A DNA stretch of 64,000 bases from Eledone cirrhosa (Eukaryota). Made by a program: the position numbers and the translations under genes. This document shows positions 1 through 12,764 of the stretch, in pieces. Positions within the stretch are counted from its first letter, which is position 1. Each line of letters starts with the position of its first letter. Location of the stretch: positions 144,088,001 to 144,152,000 of the forward strand of contig OZ024742.1 of assembly GCA_964016885.1 (NCBI GenBank), given 5' to 3'. Below the pieces are notes generated by a model, which worked only from the letters and a program-made list of their open reading frames with translations, had not been told where the DNA came from and did not search any database.

Positions 1-184
1 TATAACAACCATTTTTAAAACTACATCTAATTTCACAAGTGAGAAAGCAAAGATAATTTTAAACAGCTAATTGTAAACACATAAGATATTCAGAAATATA
101 ACAGGGAAAGATAGATTAATGTTAGCTGTGTAGACACCAATATCCAGGAATCAATAGTAATGATGTTTTCTTATAACAGACACA

Positions 185-188
<4 letters not shown>

Positions 189-257
<69 letters not shown>
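189..257. repeat. Compound (TA)n/(CA)n microsatellite
   Basis: Directly visible dinucleotide runs. Confidence 0.95.
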
Positions 258-718
258 CGGAAGGATGGGCAGGATATTTAACTATTTTTTATTTTTTATT
301 TAAATTCTATAATATCGAAAACATTGTTGATTATCTCAAAAAAATAATTTATTAATTTTCGAAAACATCAACTAAAGATAGACAAAGACTATAAGAGAGA
401 TATGGTATTATTAGGAAATATAAATAAATGCAATTTACATGGAACATTTGCAGAACAGCAGCAAAATTGAAAAAGCAAAAGGAAAAAAAAAAGGGAATAT
501 TATTCTTTCATAAAGCTAAGCATATCTGCTTCCCCAGTCCTAGGATATGTAATACACTGTTAAAATCTATCATCCCAGTCATACATTTTAACAAACTGCC
601 ATCATGTCCCTTAATTACACTTTTCAGGATTCAGCTTATTGTTTCAGCATAGTCTAAACAAATAAAACCTCCCCTCCATCCTTTTCATTGACATTTGATA
701 TTTAAATGACAATTCTAA

Positions 719-719
<1 letters not shown>

Positions 720-768
<49 letters not shown>
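720..768. repeat. (CA)n microsatellite
   Basis: Uninterrupted CA run. Confidence 0.97.
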
Positions 769-770
<2 letters not shown>

Positions 771-1821
771 GATGGGTCTATACTTAGTATTCCTGAGCCT
801 TCATCATATGCATGACTCACTTATTATATAGAATGACTCATTCTCAGCCAGGCAGGCACCTCTCCACGCCGCCATTTTCCAATGCTAGAACTTGTAGAAG
901 GTGCTCAGTCATATTCTGATGATGATTGACCCAACTATACAGAACAAAACAGAAGGAGGAAGAGGAGGAGGCGAGGAGAAACAATGACAGTATTTGCTAA
1001 GGAATATATTAAGATTGATTCAATTAACTATAGCTGCTCCTCCATTTCAAAATTCCTGCAAGTGTCTAATTAAGATATAATGTTATTTATGTCTACACTG
1101 AAATATATGTGTAGGCCTACATCTGGATGAGTTTATTGTGCACAACAGTAGAATATAGATTAGCTTATTTCTGTAAATGTAACTCAGTCACACTTTCAAT
1201 ATAGTAATCATTTTTATTTAAATAGGGAAGTGCCATTTTCTGGGTCTTTGACTGGGAGGGAGGTATATCCCAAAACCAAAAACTTAGCTCAGTGTACACT
1301 CCTAGAAGCAACCAAGGGCCAGGTAGGGGTGTTAAGTTGGGAGATGGGTTGTCTAACCCACAAGTAAGTTATAAACACAGAATGTAAAAAAAACTGGAGC
1401 AAACACTACAAGGCATCTTATCTAACACCTTAACAATTCCATCAATCCAATCTACTTTAAGAGAGAGTATTGCCATGCCTATCGTTGGACACATTTAATT
1501 GGTATTGGAAGATAGAGTATTCCTTCTGAGAGCCAATATCTTTATGATGCATTCAGTCCCTCTGAAATTCAGTATTAATAAATAGAGAAAGAACCTTTGA
1601 CTATTATACCCCTGAACATTTCTTAACCTCTACACTAGGTTTCTGATCCCCCATGCCACATAAAAATGTAATAATTTAGAAAAATTCAACAAATTACTGC
1701 AATCACATGCATATACTGCTTTTGATCATATGAGGCATATTGATATGAAATGAGACCTCTGTTTGGCCAGGATGCTGCAACAGGATTCAGTTACAAAGTA
1801 GGATATTCTTAGTATGATGAT

Positions 1822-2098
1822 AGATCAGTCACTAGTGGGTGCTACAACATCATATCCAGTAATTCAGCTGCTCTGGTTAGCACACTAAACCAGACCAGTC
1901 GCTTGTGTTGTGGGTGCTACAACATTATATCCAGTAATTCAGCTGTTCTGGTTAGCACACTAAACCAGACCAGTTGCTTGTGTTGTGGGTGCTACAACAT
2001 CATATCCAGTAATTCAGCTGCTCTGGTTAGCACACTAAACCAGACCAGTCACTAGTGGGTGCTATAACATCATATCCAGTAATTCAGCTGCTCTGGTT
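1822..2098. repeat. Minisatellite, 70-75 bp unit, about 3.7 copies
   Basis: GTGGGTGCTACAACATCATATCCAGTAATTCAGCTGCTCTGGTT... recurs at 1835, 1910, 1985 and 2055 with only a few substitutions. Confidence 0.95.
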
Positions 2099-3300
2099 CT
2101 AAATATTAAAAAAAACTACTGCCAAGGATAACATTCTATGTTCTCGATGGAAGAGTTTGATCTTGTGACCCATAAATTGTAACCAAATCTCCATCACCAA
2201 AAATCACTATTTATATAATTGGTTCAAGCACATCATCCAGCTTCCTTGCCTTGTCAGTGTAGTAAAAAGAAGAGTGAAGTGTCTGGTAGTAGACAAAAGA
2301 CCAAAGACATACAAAGCACACAGCATGTCTTAAACAGTGAAAAGATATCAATACAATTGTGTGAAGTAGCAAAAGTCTTTGTATGAAGACTAGAATCGTT
2401 AATAGTAAATAGTTATGACAGAAGCCATTCGGCTAGATTGTAACACACAATTTCTAAGTAATCAAATCTACTTGGAGGAATCTTGAGATAGAGAAGAAAA
2501 GAAAAAATAGGGGAAGGGGTAGCAAAATTAAAGATAAGAGAGAGGGTGGGGCAATGAAGTGTTCAATAGTAGATATATTGATCTGAGCTTTGTTATCAGT
2601 TTTTCTTTTAATCGATAGAAGGGAAATATTAGCTGATCGATTGGTAAATAACAAAGAAGCAGGATATGAGAGAATTAAAGGAGAAAGAAGGAGGATTAGT
2701 GGCCAAAAACTGTTGATGGCTTATATAACTGATGTAATTAGTAATGGTTCAAGAACACATACATATATATATTCACATTAATCATATAACTGACAATACT
2801 GAGTGTATATATATAGGATGTTATCTGTACTTCTAAAGTATGTATGAATATAAACTTAACATGTCTGAAGAACAAATATTACAATAATGAAATATGCAGA
2901 AATATTAACATTTATAAAGATTATCACCATTGTTACTGTCATCATCAAATTCCTCATAACTTTTCATGTTGTAATTATAATCACTACTATTGTAGCCCTC
3001 CACCTCCTCTTCATTTTTGTCATTATCCTTATAATGACTATTGTCATTATTTCCACGTCCATTTGTATATGATTGGACTGGTGAGAATTAAACCCAAATA
3101 AACCATTATAACATGTATAAAAGGTAGCACAGGCACAGGTATGGCTTAATGGCTTATAATCAGACAAAGTTGGGTGGTTCAAAGATTTTCTTTATAACCA
3201 TGTGGATTCTGGCTCTGCATAGCACCTTGACTAATGACTTGTAAGTGAATTTGGTAAATAGAAACTATCAGAAAAACTGGTGTGTATACACGTATGTATG

Positions 3301-3486
3301 TATGAAGGTTGGCTGAAAAGTTTGAATGCTGACCAAGATACTCTCATGGAATGACCAAATGAGGTTTATTTTTCAACAGTCTCTGGACAGAAACAATGCA
3401 GTTTTTAATAAGAGTTGAAATTAATGCAAGCAAGATTTCACAGCTCTTTCATAGAGAGCCTCTGAACTTTTCAGCTGACCCTCATA
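3301..3486. mobile_element. Mariner/Tc1-type MITE
   Basis: Imperfect TIRs TATGAAGGTTGGCTGAAAAGTT / AACTTTTCAGCTGACCCTCATA bounded by TA, resembling TA-CGAGGG mariner termini. Confidence 0.7.
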
Positions 3487-4737
3487 GTTATCTCTATGTC
3501 TTCACCTTTAATATCATTAACATAGGCAGTAATACTTGTTCAAATCCTCCACAAATAGAAGCCCCAGCTCAGGTGGTTAGATGTGCAAAGATCCATACTT
3601 TACTATGAAATAAAAAAAAAAAAAAAAAAAATATTGACATCATGACTGCACTATCCAACACTTGCTAACATGGTAAAACAGATATAAAATCAATGACGAT
3701 GATGATGATGATGAGGGTAACAATGATGTAGCATACAGTAGTATATATAGAAGTGTTATCTACAAAGAAACTAAACTGTGTATTTTTTTTTATATGATTG
3801 GGCAAATAGGAACTAAACCAGGAATCACCACAGAGCAAATATAAAAATGTAAGTGCATAAGTAGCATAAGATGTACTGTAAGCATTCAGGACAAATAGAA
3901 TTGTAGTCTTCAAAGTAACTAATCTAATAAATATTAGTTTAACTTATAGGCTCCATAAATAAAATATCAGTTTAGAATGGCGGATTGGCAGTATTTTAGG
4001 AGTAATAGATAAGATGTCTTATAATATCTGTTATGGCTCATTGCATTCTGAATCTAAATTCTATCTACTACCACCAGTTTCTTTGGGGCAGAAAACTGAC
4101 TATTCAGGACCTAGCTAATTGTGAAAAGTCTCTAATGTCAGGTGGTGCTTTACCTTGATTGTAACAACAACTCATTCATATGAATATGCATGACTGTAAA
4201 ATACAAGATAGATGTTAGGACTGAAAAGAAGGAGTGATTTGAAGATATTGCTGTTATTTCTAGCAGGGTAAAGGCCTACATAAAAGCATAATGGTTTCAA
4301 CATATACCAACTGACAAAGACAGAACACATGTAAAGTTGATTTATTATCCCTAATGTTTTTCTTCGTGTTAGCCCTTGTGGCCAATAAAGAAACCATTAT
4401 TACTACATATATTGAGTGTGTTCTTGGTTAATTTAAAGCTTTCATCAAATTGTCTGATTGGACAACAAATTCAGCACCTACTTTATAGTCATTGCATGGT
4501 TAGTGGATTGGACACAGCTGTAAAAACAAATTGTTTCAGCAGAGTGCAAAAAATCCTATCAAAGCTAGCATAATAAAATAGATGTAAAAAAATTAATTTA
4601 ATAAAAAAAAAATACAAAAGATAAGGTTAAAAAAATGAATGATTTTTATTACTCTTTTAAAATACCAAGTATAGATACTTTGCCAATAAGCTACCATCCT
4701 ATTATTAAAACACTTTGGTGAGGCAAATGAGGGAGCA

Positions 4738-4930
4738 TTGTTGTGTTTACCTGACCTGCTAGAAAAAGCAACAAAATCTCTTACAAATCACACCACACCT
4801 CACCGAAGAAGAACACATTGAACAATGTGATCCTGACTTCACTACACTTAAAAAAATTGTGCTCAAGGCTGGAATACCTTTGATCATAGGGTTGTTTAAT
4901 CAGAGATAGTCTGGTGCTACACAACAGCAT
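4738..4930 (+). mobile_element. Old dispersed SINE-like repeat (family D)
   Basis: Shares motifs ctagaaatagc..aaatctc..tcaaatcacacc and ggaatgcctttgatcatagg...ctggggctaaacaac with copies near 6755, 23150, 23390, 26165 and 50251 (+) and 7128, 45742 and 51612 (-). Confidence 0.6.
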
Positions 4931-5771
4931 CAATAAATAATGCTACAATGAGCCAAAGAAGAAGGTTTGGCGCGGTTACCTATTCTTCTAGGAATAGAAC
5001 ATAAATTTACTTCAAATCACATCACACTTACTGTTTTTTTCTTTTTCTTTATTTCTTATATTTCTTTTTAGAAAGAAAAGATGAGAAAGAAAGAAACAGT
5101 GATGCACTGTATGCAAGAAAAAGACAGGTCCTAACTAAAACACTCTGGCTGTATGCCTATTCAATCAGTGCTAACATCGGAGCTAAACAACATGAAATGC
5201 CTTGCAGTATTCATTACATCTCCCTGCAGAACAAGTCTGAATTCATGAATAAAGTACCTTTCTAAAGTATTAGGGAGGTGAACTGACAAAATGGTTAGAG
5301 AGTTTGATGGCATTCGTTCTAACTCTTTGTGTTCCAAATTCAAGTCTATACTGCAACCACCTCCTAGTTAGGTGCTAGACAACCCCTTTGTTAATGTATT
5401 TCTGATAATTTTAAAATCATTTCGAAAATATTCAACAATTTACGGTGATTTTAGTAATACAACTAACTTGCTCACAGTGATTTTAGTAATACAACTAACT
5501 TGCTCATTATTAAGCTAGTAATATAACTTCATAAAGGTTCTGACATAAAATTATGATAGGAGGTTTTTTTGTAGATAAATATAAACACTAGAACCAAGGG
5601 CCATTTCAAGTGGTTTGATATAAAATCCATTGCCTAGTTTAACACCATCATCTGTCTCTTGGTAGGTCTCCTATCAACATGTTTCAAAGACCTTGAAAAA
5701 AAACAAACGATTATGAGCACTGTCCTCTTCTGACTAGTTGATAAAGACAACAACAGCTACAACCATCACTG

Positions 5772-5825
<54 letters not shown>

Positions 5826-5828
5826 TTA
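5772..5828. repeat. (CTA)n/(CCA)n trinucleotide microsatellite
   Basis: Directly visible. Confidence 0.95.
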
Positions 5829-6261
5829 CTTCAGATCTAATCAAACCAAGTAAGAAGACACTAAGATTACTATTGTAAAGACAACAAGAGTGTCCCACAA
5901 ACTGCAGGACATGAAACAAATTATGTTTTATTATCTGTCTGACACCACAAATATCATCATTTAGCCTAAAGCTATTCAAAACCATCTTAATGTTGATGTC
6001 GTGTGCTCTTTTTACAATAATTTTCTGATCACATGACTAGTTATAAGTAGATAGGAAAGAAAGAAAAAAAGTATTTGGTAATATACAATATAGAGAGAGA
6101 CAAAGTTGTCAGAAGATAAAATTGATTTATCATAGAAAACTAACCGGACACATAACAAACTCAAACACATTAGTTACTAATATATTCTTTCTTATATATA
6201 TTTGTATCATATATGACTAACAACATTTTCTTCTCCTGCATCACTTAAAGTGCATGGATAT

Positions 6262-6327
6262 GGAGCATGGATACTCACACACACACACACATATGTATAG
6301 AGCATGGATACTCACACACACACACAC

Positions 6328-6388
<61 letters not shown>
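6262..6388. repeat. 37-bp tandem duplication followed by (TA)n
   Basis: gagcatggatactc(ac)n atatgtata occurs twice, then a TA run. Confidence 0.9.
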
Positions 6389-6390
<2 letters not shown>

Positions 6391-7399
6391 ATTTAAACGT
6401 GTCTGCAATATAAGTTTTACATTTTATAAGCAACTATGAATGCATTAAGAATTGTGTGCTGTATGATTTTCATGTATTTATTTATGTAGCTTCTTTCCCT
6501 AGAATTTCTGTTTGCCTATTCTAAAATGGTTTGCATGGCTCTAAAGATGGTCATATTTGCATGAGTTATTGGCAATAACTATGGAGTTGAGAACAAAAGC
6601 TCATATAGCTCTTTTTTCCTCCTCTCAGTTTTAATTCCCATTCATAACAATTTTCCTTGCCTTCAATATCTAGTGTCATTATGAATCATAATGAATGCCT
6701 TTACTCCTTTTTGTCCAGTCTGTTATAGCTGAAAGAGGCAACAACTATGTGAATGCTAGATCTGTGAAAAATTGCTACCAAATTCCCTCAAATCACATAC
6801 CCTAACATCTTAAAACAGTAAGAATACATTGGGCAATGTCTTAGATATACAAAGAAGATGAGATGCTCAATGCTGGAATGCCTTTGATCATAGGTCTGTT
6901 TGATCAAGGCTGAGCAGGCTAATTAACAAGAGCAAAATAGATAGTGGAGGGGTATGCCATTAGATGATAAAAACCCAAACTTAAAATGTAGGAGACATTG
7001 CTGATGCCATTTAACTCCATGCTGCAAACCTGATTGAGTAGAACTTTGATTAAAGGCTTTCCAGCAATGATCATTCATTCCATTTTTAGTTTGGTATAGG
7101 AGACCATTATCTAATGTGTTCTTTGGCCATTTATTTGTGTTCACTCTAATCAAGCAGAATTTTGATTAAAGACATTCCAGCTCTATTACTATCCTGTTTT
7201 TAGTGGGTATTAAGGATCACACGATCTAAGGTGTCTTTTCCTTTTGCAAGAAAGTAAGGGAATTTGCCAGTATTTCTAACAGGTCTAGTGACCACACTTA
7301 TGGAGGTACATATTTGACCTAAAGTAAAAAGTATCCCTTGAATTTTCACTTCTCTAATTCTCTCTGACCATGAAGATTCATCTTCTTCACCTACTCATT

Positions 7400-7622
7400 C
7401 CTGGGAGGGTTGTGGGGGCAGAGTCCTCTAAACACTTCTTCCAGCAGGTCCTGTTAGAAGCAACTCCCTCCAATTGATCCAGCTGGATCCCCAAGCAAGA
7501 CCAGCCAACGTCATAGATGTTATCCAATCATCTTGCGTGGAGTCTACTCCTGGATCTCCTGCCAGCTGGTTTTTGCCTGTGAAATCTTCCAGTGATTCTT
7601 TCCTCAGACATTCTAACCACAT
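7400..7622 (-). mobile_element. RTE (Expander/Rex3-like) LINE 3' fragment
   Basis: Decayed G-R-P-x-x-R-W...LAGLAW terminus; homologous to the copy at 23880-24075. Confidence 0.6.
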
Positions 7623-7948
7623 GAAGTTTCATTTTGAAAATATTAACGGATGTTCAATATTATATCATGACTTCATTTCAACAAAACCTTTGTTGGATTA
7701 TCTTTTTCTTGTGTTCAACGTAAGTGGGCTAACATTGTTTACAATTAATGGAGTATCTACCACACTGACATGAGATAAATTTAATATTGATTAATTGATT
7801 CAGTGATGAACTGTTGGAGCAAGTGTTCTACAAGTGGATTTCATGTATAATAATTACTAACTCCTCATCAATTAAGTTGTGTCTTCGATTTTTTTATATT
7901 CATTCTTTGTTAACACTCAATATTGTGATAGCTAGAACAACGTACATA

Positions 7949-7980
<32 letters not shown>

Positions 7981-8154
7981 TGCAGTAAGTGCTAACATTG
8001 TTAATGTGGCAAGCAAAGTGACTTTAATTAATGAGAATATACACCCCCAACCCACCGTATTAAGGAGAATTAAATATTGTCAAATAATGCTTCAAAACAT
8101 ACAATTAATTGTACAATATCTTTGAGTATTAAACAATATGCTAATTTCATATAT

Positions 8155-8156
<2 letters not shown>

Positions 8157-8186
<30 letters not shown>

Positions 8187-8455
8187 GTTAAACGTCCATA
8201 TTCCACGCTTGCATGGGTTTGGACGGGTGTTTTCCCACTTGAGGCAAGTGTGGTTGTCTTGCTCGTATAGGACTGTCTGGCGAATTTTCTACGGCTGGAT
8301 GCCCTTCCTAACACCAACCACGTTTACAGTGGACTGGGAGGTTTTTACCGTGTTACCTACACGGCCACATTACAGCATGGACTGTGTGTTTTTTTGTCGT
8401 GACACCTACACGACCTCATTTGTTTCGGGCTGGATGTTGTGGTACCAACATAATT
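8157..8455 (-). mobile_element. RTE-tailed retroelement 3' portion (family C)
   Basis: Contains ggtgttaggaagggcatccagccgtagaa and ends in acccatgc..gtggaa..ggacgtt..(GAT)n; close to the copies at 33117 and 59335. Confidence 0.8.
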
Positions 8456-9039
8456 TTATGTATGCATATCATAATAATAATTTTGTGTGTGTGTGTGTGT
8501 GTGTAAGTAAATTTCCTAAGTTTGTGACAGACATGCCTTGTGAGAAATTGAATAAACGGAGATTGTTGAGAATGGACTGTTCCTGTAATTTGGTACACAC
8601 TGCATCACATTGAATTTCCCTGACAATTATGTTAAGGGTACACGTGTTTGTGGAATGTTCAGATAGTTGCATGTTGATTTCACAAGCAGGCTGGTGTTTC
8701 ATTGATTGAACAACTGGAACATTCATCTTTGAAACTGATGAAGGTCCATTTCATGCCCCCAAAACCTGTCTCCCTACACCATACACACTTACGAAATTTT
8801 ACATTTTACTAATAAATACAACTTTTGCCAATACAGATCTCCAATAACCTCTCTTGATTCTGTATTTTTAAAAATTTCTCTTTCTTTCACAATCTATATA
8901 CCTAGCACTCACACTCTCTCTTTCTTACAGAATATGGTGGAACTTGTCAAATTAAACTAAGGAAACAATGTTTGCATTGGTCTTTCCAATTGCTGATACT
9001 ATCTGCTGGTCACAACTCCTGGCAGAAAGAGGAACATGA

Positions 9040-9145
9040 AATAAACTGTCTTGCTCAAGGACATAATGCACCACCCAGTGTGGGAGTCGAACCCACAATC
9101 TCACGATTGTGAATCCAACTATCTAACCACTAAGCCATCTGCCGT
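9040..9145 (-). mobile_element. tRNA-headed SINE (family B) 5' fragment
   Basis: Box A/B-like head (ggcttagtggttag...ggttcgactccc) followed by tgtccttgagcaagaca. Confidence 0.7.
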
Positions 9146-9702
9146 CTCTCTATGGCATAGAAATTTATCATTGCAGCTCTTGATTTTCCTACATTGAACC
9201 TAATGATAGGCAGCACTGTTAATCCTCACAAAACATTTATTCCCAATAGAATTACCAGTGGATGGCTGACAAAATGCAATACCATGTTTTCTTCTTCCAG
9301 TTTCAATAAAAACTAACAAAATACATCAACACTCCACTCCTCCTTAAACATATATTTAAAACAACTACAGAAAAAAAAAAAGGTTTATTCAATAACTGCT
9401 AACATAATCCCTCAACAATTGGTAGAAATAAAATATATTTGACATGAATTTTTCAAGTCACTTTGTAAACAGTCAATTTAAATTAGTAGTGTATATAAAA
9501 CATGATATTAAAAAGAGAATATTCATTTTTTTTGTTCTTTTACCAAATTTGCTTCTCTCTCACACTTTTTAATTTAGAATAAATTCTCAAGGGGATGTTA
9601 AAATGTTGAAAAAGTAAGAAAATTATTTTAAAAAATAAAGCTGATTGAAAAGAAAAAGAGAAAATGTAACAACAACAACAACAGTATAATAATGATAATA
9701 AT

Positions 9703-10085
9703 TATTTCTACTTTTGGCACAAGGCCAGCAATTATCCCAGTGCATTACTGGTACTTTATTTTATCGACCCTGTAAGGATGAAAGGCAAAGTTAACCTCGG
9801 CGGGATTTGAACTGAGACCACAAAGGGCCGTAACTCTATGCTGCAAAGCATGGCGTCCGATCCTCTACCGATACTGCCAATAATGATTTCTGGTATAGGC
9901 ACAATGCCAGTAATTTTTGGGAAGACAAAAGTCGATTAAATCGACACCAGTATGTTACTGGTATTCTATTTTATCAATTCCATGAGGCTAACATCGGTGG
10001 GATTTGAACTTAGAATGTCAAAAAAACTGTAAGTATGCTGCAAAGCTTGTTGTCTGTTGCTCTACCAATACTGCCAAACCACTAC
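9703..10085 (-). mobile_element. Two tandem SINE family A copies
   Basis: Reverse complement of the family A consensus (head attggcagtatcggtagag, box B gagttcaaatccc, central tttgcctttcatccttacggggtcgataaaataaagtaccag, tail ccttgtgccaaaagtagaaa(ATT)n). Confidence 0.85.
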
Positions 10086-10107
10086 TCTAATTAGTAACAA
10101 TTATTAT

Positions 10108-10288
10108 TGGATTGGCAGTATCAGTAGAGGGTCGGACGCCATGCTTTGACGCATAGAGTTACGGCCCTTGCCATTATGAGTTCAAATCACGCCGAGGACA
10201 ACTTTGCTTTTCATCCTTACGGGGTCGATAAAATAAAGTACCAGTAATGAACTGGGTAATTGTTGGCCTTGTGCCAAAAGTAGAAACA

Positions 10289-10319
<31 letters not shown>

Positions 10320-10765
10320 GTAATAACAATAATAAGGGCGGTGGATTGGCAGTATCGGTAGAGGGTCGGATGCCATGCTTTGCAGCAAAGAGTTACGGCC
10401 CTTTGTGGTCTGAGTTCAAATCCTGCCGAGGTTAACTTTGCCTTTCATCCTTACGGGGTTGATAAAATAAAGTACCAGTAATACACTGGGATAATTGCTG
10501 GCCTTGTGCCAAAAGTAGAAACAATTATTATTATTAGTAATAATAGTAGTTGTAGTAGTAGTCGTATGACCAGGATCTTTAGAGCATTGGACATAGTGAT
10601 TAGAGGCATCTAGTTACTGCCTTTTACATTCTAATTTCACGTCCTTCCATGGTTAATCAAATTAATTACAAGTCAAGCTCTGGAGTCAATTTAATCAATC
10701 TTTCCTTCCCCACTAAAATTGCTGGCCTTGAGCCTAAATTAGATACCATTGTTGTTGCTGTTGTA
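10108..10765 (+). mobile_element. Three tandem SINE family A copies (two young, one older)
   Basis: Copies at about 10108-10320, 10337-10540 and 10565-10765, separated by (ATT)n tracts. The central segment resembles the MetaSINE-type domain (from recollection, unverified). Confidence 0.85.
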
Positions 10766-10984
10766 AGAAGAAGAACAACAACAGAAATAACAAAGGCTGA
10801 ACTGAGCCAAACTGAACTGGAATAAAACTGGAATGAAACTTTAGCAGAATTTAAAGGTCAGCACTAATACAATGTAATTCTAATGATATAATCAAAATGT
10901 TCAACATAATGAAATAGTGTTTATGCATCAAAATAGAAATATAAACATTGATACTAAAATGTGGAATCTCAATATGTTGTGCCA

Positions 10985-11295
10985 CATGCTGAGGTCAACT
11001 TTGCCTGTCATCCTTCTAGAGTCGATAAAACAAAATACCAGTCAAGTACTTGACTGGGGTCAATTTAAATCAACTTCCCACTTCCCTCAAATTGCTGGCC
11101 TTGTGCCTAAATTAGAAACCATTGTTGTTATATGGTCTGAGTTCAAATTCCGCTGAGGTTAGCTTTGCCTTTCCTCCTTACAGGGTCGATAAAATAAAGT
11201 ACTAGCAATGAACTGAGGTTGATTTAATCGATTTCCCCCTCCCCTTCAAATTGCTGGCCTTGTGCCTAAATTAGAAACCTTTATTATTATTATTA
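10985..11295 (+). mobile_element. Two 5'-truncated SINE family A variant copies
   Basis: Central domain plus tail ccttgtgcctaaattagaaacc. Confidence 0.75.
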
Positions 11296-11299
11296 GTCT

Positions 11300-12742
11300 T
11301 ATTTTTTTTTATTGATATCGTATCGTCACTACATTACTGAGCACAGCTTTGCACACCTTGAGTATGTGCAGTGTGGTTTTTGATGGTATTGTTTCTATTG
11401 TATTGAGAATATTCTTCATAATATATGTACAGTGCCTGGTAGTGCTATTTTTGTATGCTCTCTATATATGTGAGACCTGGGGTTTTAGTTATGTATCTAT
11501 TTATCATTGCCAGAGCACCTATTATTATAGGTATTGTTTCTGTTTTCATCATCCACATTCAGGTTATTTCTATTTCTAGATCTTTATATCTAGATAATTG
11601 TCATTTGTTGGTAATTGATACATCAATTAGAAGACGTTTTGTAGTCTTTGATTTCTGCCTGTATATATTGGTATATCTCACTGTGTGAATTCTGTCATTC
11701 TCTGACACCTTTTCTTATGTATGTCTGTACCATCTTTGTTCCTGTTGGTATTTCGTAGTGTTAGCAAAACTTTCAGTGTATATAAATCCCAACTCTAACA
11801 TGTCTGTGGATATATTCCTTTTTTACTAAGACTGGGCAATCAGAGATAATGTGGTTAATTGTTTCTTCCCCAACACCACATATTCTGCAGTTACTTAATA
11901 TGTTCTGTTTATTATGTACTTCTGGTAGAGAGACTTTGATCTTGTGCTGTGATTAGAAATCCTTCAGTCTCAGCTTTTAGTCCAGAACTTAGTAGCTAGT
12001 TTTGTGAGTTTTGCTTGTCCACTTCCTCCCTATTCAGTTTTTTCAGGTATTGACCATCTAAGGGTTTTTCTTGCCATTGTTTAACAAGGTATTCTGGAGG
12101 TCAGTTTTCAATTTAGATTTTATGTTTTTCACAATTTCTGTTGTTGTTTCTTCTTTGTTGTCATTTTCCTCACAATTATCTGTCAATCCAGCTTCTGTTT
12201 TGAATTTGTTGGCTTCCTTGAAAACAGAACAATTTTTTGTTTTATTGATGTTTTGTTACTATTTGTATTAATTTTCCATTGTTCTTCATTAGATATTTTT
12301 GTCGTCCTACAGTAGTTATTTTACAATAATTTTCTAGTTGCATCAAACCCCTTCCTCCTTGTCTTCATGGTAGGTGTAATCTTTTGACATCCGATTTTGA
12401 ATGGTGTATTCTAAATGCAGTCATTATTTTTCTTGTTTTTTCTCTATTCCTGCTAGTTCTTTCAGTGTCCAATTCAGAATATTAGAACTGCTGCTCACCA
12501 AAGGGATTGCTAGAGTTTTGTGGCTAATTATTTTATTCTTTGCATTTAGTTCTGTTTTAAGTAGTAATCTAATCTGTCTATAATATTCCTTTCTAATCTT
12601 TTCTTTCATTTGTGTGTTGAACCCTGTCTAGTTTGTTGATTCCTAAGTATTTCTATGTCTGTGTTTGATCTAATTCTCTTATCTCAGTTTCTTTATCTAG
12701 TTTGATATTAGTAGTTTTCCTCGCTTCAGAGTTGTCTTGGTA
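11300..12742 (-). mobile_element. R4/Dong-like non-LTR retrotransposon, decayed 5'-truncated fragment (RT end, linker, restriction-like endonuclease)
   Basis: Minus-strand peptides KYLG (about 12645), KEKIRKEYYRQIRLLLKTELNAKNKI..TLAIP..W (ORF 12424-12609), GRGLMQL, LKAETEGFLITAQDQSL (about 11930-11980) and IIGAL; many frameshifts; (TAT)n on both flanks. Confidence 0.8.
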
Positions 12743-12764
12743 GATATTATTATTATTAGGATAG

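Noticed and set aside
821-934. Exon-like segment on the minus strand with a strong pyrimidine tract, AG acceptor and GTGAGT donor
   Set aside because: Stops occur in all three frames and there is no glypican similarity; part resembles SINE family B (ggcgtggagagg). It could be a non-coding or poison exon but is unsupported without RNA data.
1822-2098. CRISPR-like appearance of hairpin-containing repeats
   Set aside because: No unique spacers, unit too long, no cas genes, eukaryotic context.
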